A stretch of 31,244 nt of DNA. Source: an uncultured Steroidobacteraceae bacterium. GTDB taxonomy: Bacteria; Chloroflexota; Limnocylindria; QHBO01. The notes under the pieces were generated by a model. That model had not been told where the DNA came from and searched no databases. It saw only the letters and a list, made by a program, of their open reading frames with translations. This document shows positions 1-7,153 of this stretch, one piece after another (the first letter of the stretch is position 1; every line of letters starts with the position of its first letter). The position numbers and the translations under genes were made by a program. The stretch spans positions 1 through 31,244 of the forward strand of contig CAZKFP010000025.1 in assembly GCA_964552085.1 (NCBI GenBank). The letters are read 5' to 3'.

Positions 1-1
1 C

Positions 2-259
2 TCGCTCGAGGAGGCGGTGCGCTCGATGACCGCCGCCGCGGCCGCGCGCCTCGGCCTCGGCGACCGGGGCGTCATCCGGGACGGGTACGCGGCCGACCTC
101 GTCGTGTTCGACCCCGCCACGGTGCAGGCGACGTGCACATACGAGGAGCCGTGCTCCTATCCAACCGGGATCGAGTGGGTCATCGTCGGCGGCGAGGTTG
201 TCGTGGCGGCCGGGGAGCACACCGGCGCGCGACCCGGTCGCGTCCTGCGCCGCGGCTAG
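2..259 (+). CDS. C-terminal fragment of an amidohydrolase, N-acyl-D-amino-acid deacylase (D-aminoacylase) type; 5' end lies outside the window
   Basis: Open frame from base 2: SLEEAVRSMTAAAAARLGLGDRGVIRDGYAADLVVFDP...TYEEP...GIEWVIVGG...TGARPGRVLR, the typical C-terminal beta-sandwich of this family. Confidence 0.8.
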   Translation, partial: SLEEAVRSMTAAAAARLGLGDRGVIRDGYAADLVVFDPATVQATCTYEEPCSYPTGIEWVIVGGEVVVAAGEHTGARPGRVLRRG

Positions 260-270
260 CCGGCGTGGGC

Positions 271-2706
271 TCAGCTCGCGATGCGCTGCGTGTCGCGCAG
301 GTAGTGGGCGATCGCATCGACGCCCATCGGGCGCGCGAGATGGAAGCCCTGGCCGAACCGCACGCCGAGGGCCCGAAGGAGGACGAGCTGCTCGGGCCGC
401 TCGATCCCCTCGGCCACGGTCTCCAGCCGGACCGAGTGGGCGAGTCGCACGATGGATCGCACGAGGGCTCGCTCGTCGTCGTCGTCGCCGTCGATGTGCT
501 CGACGAACGAGCGATCGATCTTCAGGATGTCGATCGGGAAGCGACGGAGATGGCCCAGCGACGAGTACCCGGTGCCGAAGTCGTCGAGGGCGATGCGGAC
601 GCCGAGCTCAGTGAGCTCGGTGATCGTCGAGGTCGTCGGCTCACCCTCGGCGAGGAGCGCCGTCTCCGTCAGCTCGAGCACGATGTCGGAAGGCTCGGTC
701 CCGGTCTCCGCGAGCACGCGGCGCACGACCGCCGGGAAGGTCGGGTCCTGGAGTTGCCGCGGCGACACGTTGACCGCCATCGAGAGCCGGCCGGACGAGG
801 TCGGCGATGGCCACGCCCCGAGCTGGCGGCACGCCTGCTCGAGGACCCACTCGCCGAGCGGCACGATCAGGCCCGTCTCCTCGGCCAGGGGCACGAAGTC
901 GGATGGTGGCATCTCGCTACCGTCGGGCTGGCGCCAGCGAACGAGCGCCTCAACACCGGCGATCGCGCCAGTCTCTATCTCAATGATCGGCTGGTACTCG
1001 AGGACGAAGTCGTGCGCCTCGAGCGCCGCCTCCATGCGCCCACGCAGCTCGAGCCGGCGCAGAGCGGATGCGTGCATGGCCGCCTCGTAGAACTCGCTGC
1101 GTGCCTTCCCGCGCGCCTTGGCGGTGTACATGGCGGCGTCGGCGTTGCGAAGCAGCTCCTCCGCCGTCACCCCGTCACGCCTCGCGCTGCCCATGGCGAT
1201 CCCGATGCTGGCCTGCACGAAGACCTGGCGTTCGGCCAGGGCGAATGGCCGTCGCAGGGAGTCGAGCACGCGCCGCGCCACCTTCTCGACGGCCTCGGGC
1301 GTCGTTTCGTCGAGGAGGATCCCGAACTCGTCGCCACCGAGGCGCGCCGCGGTGTCCTGCGGTCGGAGGCTCTCCCGCAGCCGTTCGGCCACCGCGGTGA
1401 GCAGCTCGTCACCGGCCAGGTGCCCCAGGCTGTCGTTCACGACCTTGAAGTCGTCGAGGTCGAGGAAGAGCACGGCCGGCTCCCGTCGCTGGCGCCCGCG
1501 CCGGCTCAGGGCGTGGTTCACGCGGTCGGCGAAGAGGGCGCGATTCGCGAGGCCGGTGAGCGGATCGTGCAGCGCCTCGTGCTGCAGCTGGACCTCAAGC
1601 TGCTTCCGATCGGTCACGTCGCGAAAGTTGAGGACGACTCCAGCGACGGCGGGGTCGGCGAGCAGGTTCTGCCCAATCGCCTCGACCCAGCGCCACGAGC
1701 CATCCGCGTGCTGGAGCCGCAGCTCGGCGGCATGGTCCCCCGTCGGTGCCTTCAGCAGCCGGTCGAGCAGCCTGTCAACAAGATCCCGCTCGTCGGGATG
1801 GACCTTCTCCGCCAGGCGCCTGCCGGGGCGGAGGTTGGTGTCGCCGAGAAGGCGGAACATCGCATCCGATTGATACGCGACGACGCCATCCTCGTTGACG
1901 ACGATGACGACGTCGGACGAGTTCTGCACGAGCGACCGATAGCGCGCCTCGTTGCGGGCGAGATCCACGGCCATGACGTTCAGCTGATCGTTCAGCTCGG
2001 TGAGCCGGCGATTCTGGGCCGAGACCCGCTTCGAGGTACCCCCGAGGGTCAGCCACAGGAGCGCGAGGAGCGCGCTCCCGAGACCGAGGGTCAGCAGGAA
2101 GACGTCGCGCCGCGTGTCGGCCACGCGCTGCTCGATCGGGCCGGAATCGACCGCGACCTCGAAGACGCCGATCGGGGCGCCGTCCATGGAGCCGCGAATC
2201 GGCGTGTAGATCTGAAGCCGCCGTGGGGCGCCGTCCGCTTCGACCGCGCCAAACTCGGCGATCGTGACGCCGGCGAATGCCTCGGCAAGCCGGCTGTCGA
2301 TGTCGAGGCGAACGCCGCGCAGCGACTCCTCGGTGGAGTACATGACCCGTCCGTCGCGCGTCCGCACGTTGATCTGGCGCATGTCGCCTGCCGCGATCAG
2401 GCGCTGCAGCTGGTCGTCGACCTCCGGATCCGGCTCGGCCGCCAGGTCGAGGCTTTCGGCGCCGAAGATCGGATCGACGTACCCACGCACGATCGACTCC
2501 GCGTTTCTGACCGCGGAGTCTCGCGCCGCGGCCCGCAGATGCTCGGAGACGCTCGTCGAGATCCCGATCGCCAGGACGATGACGATGACGGCGCTGCCGG
2601 TCAGCACGATGGAGCGCAGTCCGGGCCGCACACCGAGGCCGCGAACAGCGCGCCGGAAGGCGGTGTCGCGGCTGTGGGCGCGTGTCACTCCACAAGACTC
2701 CCCCAT
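271..2706 (-). CDS. Membrane-bound PAS-GGDEF-EAL diguanylate cyclase/phosphodiesterase (start may be GTG at 2688)
   Basis: Two hydrophobic segments flank a sensor region, followed by PAS (WRWVE), intact GGDEF with RPQD I-site five residues upstream, EALVRW, DDFGTGYSS and EGIE. A GGGGGAG SD-like run sits upstream of GTG 2688. Confidence 0.95.
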   Translation of the reverse strand: MGESCGVTRAHSRDTAFRRAVRGLGVRPGLRSIVLTGSAVIVIVLAIGISTSVSEHLRAAARDSAVRNAESIVRGYVDPIFGAESLDLAAEPDPEVDDQLQRLIAAGDMRQINVRTRDGRVMYSTEESLRGVRLDIDSRLAEAFAGVTIAEFGAVEADGAPRRLQIYTPIRGSMDGAPIGVFEVAVDSGPIEQRVADTRRDVFLLTLGLGSALLALLWLTLGGTSKRVSAQNRRLTELNDQLNVMAVDLARNEARYRSLVQNSSDVVIVVNEDGVVAYQSDAMFRLLGDTNLRPGRRLAEKVHPDERDLVDRLLDRLLKAPTGDHAAELRLQHADGSWRWVEAIGQNLLADPAVAGVVLNFRDVTDRKQLEVQLQHEALHDPLTGLANRALFADRVNHALSRRGRQRREPAVLFLDLDDFKVVNDSLGHLAGDELLTAVAERLRESLRPQDTAARLGGDEFGILLDETTPEAVEKVARRVLDSLRRPFALAERQVFVQASIGIAMGSARRDGVTAEELLRNADAAMYTAKARGKARSEFYEAAMHASALRRLELRGRMEAALEAHDFVLEYQPIIEIETGAIAGVEALVRWRQPDGSEMPPSDFVPLAEETGLIVPLGEWVLEQACRQLGAWPSPTSSGRLSMAVNVSPRQLQDPTFPAVVRRVLAETGTEPSDIVLELTETALLAEGEPTTSTITELTELGVRIALDDFGTGYSSLGHLRRFPIDILKIDRSFVEHIDGDDDDERALVRSIVRLAHSVRLETVAEGIERPEQLVLLRALGVRFGQGFHLARPMGVDAIAHYLRDTQRIAS

Positions 2707-2800
2707 CGGGAGTCCGCACGCCAGACGCCCTTAGTACTGCCTCCGCCGATCCGGCGATGGTCACGTGGCCGCATCGGCGCTCGCGGGCCAGCATGGGGCG

Positions 2801-3217
2801 ATGAACGATTCACCCAGAGCGCGGGTCCTCGGTCTCGTGGCGGCGGTGGCCCTTGCCATCGCAGTCGCGGCCTGCACTGGCCCGACAGCAGACGAGTCGC
2901 GGACGGTCGAGCTCACGCCGCTGAACGGCTCGGGCGTCTCCGGATCGGTACGCCTGTCGCCGGTGGAGGCGGGCCGAACGCTCGTCGAGATCGAGGTCGA
3001 CCCGGCAGGGCACCCCGACATGCCCGCGCACATCCACCCCGGGACGTGCGCGGAGCTGACGCCGCAGCCGGCGTATCCGCTGGCGAACGTGATCGACGGT
3101 CGCTCGAGCACCGAGGTGCCGGCGTCGCTCGACGAGCTCCTGGCCGGCGAGCTGGCGGTCAACCTCCACCTCTCGAACATGGAGCTGGACGTCTACAGCG
3201 CCTGCGTCGACCTCTAG
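2801..3217 (+). CDS. Lipoprotein with a CHRD/Cu-Zn-SOD-like His-rich domain
   Basis: Signal peptide ending AVAAC (lipobox), then PAHIHPGTC...VNLH...YSAC. ATG 2801 chosen over the upstream GTG in the ORF track. Confidence 0.7.
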   Translation: MNDSPRARVLGLVAAVALAIAVAACTGPTADESRTVELTPLNGSGVSGSVRLSPVEAGRTLVEIEVDPAGHPDMPAHIHPGTCAELTPQPAYPLANVIDGRSSTEVPASLDELLAGELAVNLHLSNMELDVYSACVDL

Positions 3218-3263
3218 GCGAAGGCCGGCCGGTCGACCGCCGCACGGGCGTGACCGGAGGATC

Positions 3264-3286
3264 CCCGATCGCGATCGGGTTACGAT
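3264..3286 (+). promoter_or_regulatory. 16-bp perfect palindrome followed by a -10 element (TACGAT); likely leaderless promoter of the XDH operon
   Basis: CCCGATCGCGATCGGG at 3264-3279, TACGAT at 3281-3286, ATG 7 nt later at 3294, no SD. Confidence 0.55.
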
Positions 3287-3293
3287 GCGTGCC

Positions 3294-5687
3294 ATGGAGC
3301 GCCCGAGGCTCACCGTCCGCACGCTGCCCCCTGCCGGCGCGGCCGTCGACGCGCAGCCGCTCATCATCCCGACCGACGCACCGGCGCCGGGGCGCGCCCG
3401 ACCGGCTGTGCCGCGGCGGCGTGAAGGCCCCGCGAAGCTGACGGGCGAGGCGAAGTACGCCGACGACCTCGTCTTCCCCGGCGCCTGGTACGGCGCCACG
3501 ATTCGATCCACTGAGCCGCACGCTCGCTTCATCGGCCTCGAGCTCGACGATGCGTTCGATTGGACGAGCGTCGTCGTCGTCACCGCGGAGGACATCCCGG
3601 GCGAGAACGTCGTCAGCCTCATCGACGACGACCAGCCGGTGCTCGTGCCGGTCGGCGGCGAGATCCGCCACCAGGCAGAGCCCTGCGCGCTCATCGCCGC
3701 CCGCGACCGCGCCACCCTGGCCGCGGCCCGGCGCCACGCGCGACTCCGCACCGAGCGGCTTCCGGCCGTCTTCGACCCCCTCGAGTCGGAGCGCGAGTTC
3801 GCGCAGTACACCGTCGAGAGCGGCGACGCGGGCACCGCCATGGCGTCCGCCGCGATCGTCATCGAAGGGACGTACCGCGTCGGACACCAGGAGCAGCTCT
3901 ACATCGAGAACCAGGCGATGATCGCCGTCCCGCGCGACGACGGTGGCGTGACGGTCCACGGCTCGCTGCAATGCCCGTACTACGTGCACAAGGCGATGAA
4001 GCGCGCGCTCGACATGGGCGACGAGCTGGCCGTCGTCGTGCAGGCCGAGACCGGCGGCGGGTTCGGCGGCAAGGAGGAATACCCGAGCGTCATCGCCCTC
4101 CACGCCGCGCTGCTCGCGCTGAAATGCCACAGGCCGGTCCGCATGATCTACGACCGCCACGAGGACATCAGCGCCACGACGAAGCGGCATCCCGCCGTCA
4201 TCCGGTACCGCAGCGGCGTCTCCGACGGCGGTGAGCTGATCGCGCAGGAGATCGAGGTGATCATGGACGGCGGCGCGTACTGCACGCTCACGCCGGTCGT
4301 GCTCAGCCGCGGCGTCCTGCACGCCGGCGGCCCGTATCGCTGCCCGAACGTCCGGATCACCGGCCGGGCGATGGCCACGAACACCCCGCCCAACGGCGCG
4401 TTCCGTGGGTTCGGCGCCCCGCAGACCGAATTCGCCGCCGAGATGCAGGTCAATCGCATCGCGGAGGCCCTCGACGCATCCCCGCTCGACCTGCGCAGGC
4501 GGTGGGTCTACCGGCTCGACGACGTCACGCCCACGGGCCAGGTGCTGCGCGAGTCGGTCGCCGGCATCGAGGTGCTCGAGGCGGCCGCCGATGCGGCGGG
4601 CTTCGACCGGGTTCACGCGCAGACGCGCGCGATGCGCGAAGGGCGGACCGAGGGCGCCCGAATCGCAACCGGCATCGGCCTGGCGCTCGCCTGGCATGGC
4701 GCCGGCTTCACCGGCTCGGGGGAGGTGAAGCTCGCATCGGTCGCGTCACTCGAACTGACCGATGACGGCCGGATCCGGATCCTGACCGCGTCGACCGAAA
4801 TGGGCCAGGGCACGAAGACGATCTTCCCGCAGATCGTCGCCGATGCACTCGGCGTCGAGTACGACGAGGTCGAAATCGCGCCGCAGGACACGTCGATCGT
4901 CCCCGACTCCGGGCCGACCGTCGCCTCGCGCACGGCGATGGTCGTCGGCGGCCTCCTTATCAAGGCGGCGGAGAAGCTGCGCGCCGCGGTCGAGGCGCAG
5001 AGCGGGCACTCCTTCGCCGAGTCCTACCGCGAGTCGGGGCCGATGCGGATCGACGAGCGGTTCGTGCCATATCCGGGAGAGCCATTCGACGACCGAACGT
5101 ACACCGGCGACGCCTATCCCGCCTTCGGCTGGGCATCCGCCATCGCGAAGGTCGACGTCGACCTCGACACGGGCGAGGTGCACGTGCGCGAGTGCGTCGC
5201 CGCCGACGACATCGGCACCGTCATCCATCCGGTCCTGGCGGAGGGCCAGGTCGAGGGCGGCACGCTCCAGGCGATCGGCTACGCGACGATCGAGGAGATG
5301 AAGCTCGTCGACGGCCGCTACCTCAACGATCGGCTCGCCACCTACCTCATCCCGACCGCGCTCGACGCGCCCCGCATCCGGACGATCCTCGTGGAGAAGC
5401 CGTTCTCGGGAGTGCCGCACGGTGCGAAGGGTGTCGGCGAGCTGCCGATGGACGTGGGGGCGCCGGCGGTCGTCGCCGCCATCCACGACGCCACCGGCAC
5501 CTGGATCCATGACCTCCCCGCCACCCCCGAACGCGTGCTAGCGGCGCTGACCGGCGGCGAAGCGCCTCCGCCGCCCGTCGTGTCGCTCGAGGAGCCGGCG
5601 CCGAGGACCCCGCCGATCGAGGATCTGCCGGCCGGCGGCGACGAGATGCCGTTCCGCGCGCCGACGGATCCCGGAGAGCCGCGATGA
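3294..5687 (+). CDS. Xanthine dehydrogenase family molybdopterin-binding subunit
   Basis: Motifs QEQLYIE, GGGFGGKE, AFRGFGAPQ, EMGQG, TVASR, GQVEGG and GAKGVGELP. Confidence 0.95.
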   Translation: MERPRLTVRTLPPAGAAVDAQPLIIPTDAPAPGRARPAVPRRREGPAKLTGEAKYADDLVFPGAWYGATIRSTEPHARFIGLELDDAFDWTSVVVVTAEDIPGENVVSLIDDDQPVLVPVGGEIRHQAEPCALIAARDRATLAAARRHARLRTERLPAVFDPLESEREFAQYTVESGDAGTAMASAAIVIEGTYRVGHQEQLYIENQAMIAVPRDDGGVTVHGSLQCPYYVHKAMKRALDMGDELAVVVQAETGGGFGGKEEYPSVIALHAALLALKCHRPVRMIYDRHEDISATTKRHPAVIRYRSGVSDGGELIAQEIEVIMDGGAYCTLTPVVLSRGVLHAGGPYRCPNVRITGRAMATNTPPNGAFRGFGAPQTEFAAEMQVNRIAEALDASPLDLRRRWVYRLDDVTPTGQVLRESVAGIEVLEAAADAAGFDRVHAQTRAMREGRTEGARIATGIGLALAWHGAGFTGSGEVKLASVASLELTDDGRIRILTASTEMGQGTKTIFPQIVADALGVEYDEVEIAPQDTSIVPDSGPTVASRTAMVVGGLLIKAAEKLRAAVEAQSGHSFAESYRESGPMRIDERFVPYPGEPFDDRTYTGDAYPAFGWASAIAKVDVDLDTGEVHVRECVAADDIGTVIHPVLAEGQVEGGTLQAIGYATIEEMKLVDGRYLNDRLATYLIPTALDAPRIRTILVEKPFSGVPHGAKGVGELPMDVGAPAVVAAIHDATGTWIHDLPATPERVLAALTGGEAPPPPVVSLEEPAPRTPPIEDLPAGGDEMPFRAPTDPGEPR

Positions 5688-6148
5688 GCTTCCGGTTCAG
5701 CGTCAACGGCGCGCCGGTCGAGGTCGAGGCGACCGGCAGCCGCCGCCTGCTCGACGTCCTGCGCGAGGACCTCGGCCTGACCGGCACGAAGGAGGGCTGC
5801 GGAGAGGGCGAGTGCGGGGCCTGCAGCGTGCTCGTCGACGGCGCCGTCGTCGATGCCTGCCTCGTGCCGGTCAGCCAGGTCGCCGGCACGCGGGTCCGCA
5901 CGGTCGAGGGCATGGCGGAGCCCGGCGCGCTCGGCATCCTGCAGCAGGCCTTCCTCGAGACGGGCGGCGCCCAGTGCGGGATCTGCACGCCCGGCATGCT
6001 CATGGCCGGCGACGCCTTCCTGGCGAGCGGCGCCGAGCCGACCGAGGACAATATCCGCGAGGCGATCGCCGGCAACCTGTGCCGCTGCACGGGCTATACG
6101 AAGATCATCGACGCGATCGCCCTCGCCGCGGAACGGAGCCCGAGATGA
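5684..6148 (+). CDS. Xanthine dehydrogenase family 2Fe-2S subunit
   Basis: GTKEGCGEGECGACSV, QCGICTPG and GNLCRCTGY; ATGA overlap with the Mo subunit. Confidence 0.96.
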   Translation: MSFRFSVNGAPVEVEATGSRRLLDVLREDLGLTGTKEGCGEGECGACSVLVDGAVVDACLVPVSQVAGTRVRTVEGMAEPGALGILQQAFLETGGAQCGICTPGMLMAGDAFLASGAEPTEDNIREAIAGNLCRCTGYTKIIDAIALAAERSPR

Positions 6149-6273
6149 CCGAGAGCCTGGAAGAGGCGATCGACGACCGCGACATCACCCTGGCCCTGAC
6201 GCCGGGTCAGGCGCTGCTGCTGCTCGTCGGCCTCTACCTGTTGTTCCGGTTCCTGCGCGGCCTCCGCGGCTGA
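6145..6273 (+). CDS. 42-aa single-pass membrane micro-protein, unknown function
   Basis: ATG 6145 overlaps the 2Fe-2S stop (ATGA). Translation MTESLEEAIDDRDITLALTPGQALLLLVGLYLLFRFLRGLRG; G/C-ending codons like the neighbouring genes; fills the gap before the FAD subunit. Confidence 0.7.
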   Translation: MTESLEEAIDDRDITLALTPGQALLLLVGLYLLFRFLRGLRG

Positions 6274-6283
6274 GCCGCGAGCG

Positions 6284-7153
6284 ATGCCGAACGCCGTCGA
6301 GCCACCGACCGAGTCCCCCACCCGCCTCGAGGCGGCCTACTCCCTCATGGCCGATGCGTCCGGCGCCCCGTGGCGGCCGCTGGCCGGTGGCACCGACCTC
6401 ATGGTCCAGCTGACCGGCGAGATCGGCGAGCCGCCCGAACGGATCCTCGACATCTGGGCGCTCGACGAGCTGCGCGGCATCCGCGTCGAGGCCGATGCGC
6501 TCGTCCTCGGCGCGCTGACGACGTATACCGACGTGCGCCGCTCTCCCGTCGTCGCCGAGTTCCTCCCGGCCCTCATCGAAGCGGCGGCCACAATCGGCGC
6601 GGCGCAGATCCAGAATCGCGGGACGCTCGGCGGGAACGTCATGAACGCCTCGCCCGCCGGGGACACGCTGCCGATCCTCCTCGCCGTCGGCGCCGAGATG
6701 GTGCTCGGCAGCGCGGCCGGGGAGCGCACCGTCCACGCGGACGACTTCTGGCCGTCGTACCGCGAGACGGCGCGACGAGACGACGAGCTCCTGCTCCGGA
6801 TCCGCGTCCCGCTCGTCCTCGACCGCCAGGTCCGCTTCCGGAAGATCGGCACCCGGCGCGCGCAGGCGATCAGCAAGGTCGTCATGGCGCTGGCGTGGAC
6901 GGCCCGCGACGACAAGCGCTGGGCCGACGTGCGCCTCGCCCTCGGCTCCGTCGCGGCGACGACGGTCCGCGCCGGCGGCGCGGAGGCGGCCATGAACGGG
7001 GCGGCTCCGACGCGCGCCATGGCCGACGCCGCCGTTGCCGCCCTAGCGGCCGAGCTGCAGCCCATCGACGACGTGCGCTCGACCGCGGACTACCGGCGGC
7101 TCGTCGCCGGCCGGGTCCTGCATCGGCTCATCCGTGACGAGGGCGGATGGTGA
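6284..7153 (+). CDS. Xanthine dehydrogenase family FAD-binding subunit
   Basis: PLAGGTDL, IGAAQIQNRGTLGGN, NASPAGD and PIDDVRSTADYR. Confidence 0.95.
   Translation: MPNAVEPPTESPTRLEAAYSLMADASGAPWRPLAGGTDLMVQLTGEIGEPPERILDIWALDELRGIRVEADALVLGALTTYTDVRRSPVVAEFLPALIEAAATIGAAQIQNRGTLGGNVMNASPAGDTLPILLAVGAEMVLGSAAGERTVHADDFWPSYRETARRDDELLLRIRVPLVLDRQVRFRKIGTRRAQAISKVVMALAWTARDDKRWADVRLALGSVAATTVRAGGAEAAMNGAAPTRAMADAAVAALAAELQPIDDVRSTADYRRLVAGRVLHRLIRDEGGW

Noticed and set aside
133-3441. 1102-aa plus-strand ORF and other very long antisense or alternate-frame ORFs (for example 3159-4697, 14642-16636, 24320-25699, 27871-28752)
   Set aside because: They are shadows of well-supported genes in GC-rich DNA where stops are rare; the translations are Arg/Gly/Pro-rich with no motifs.
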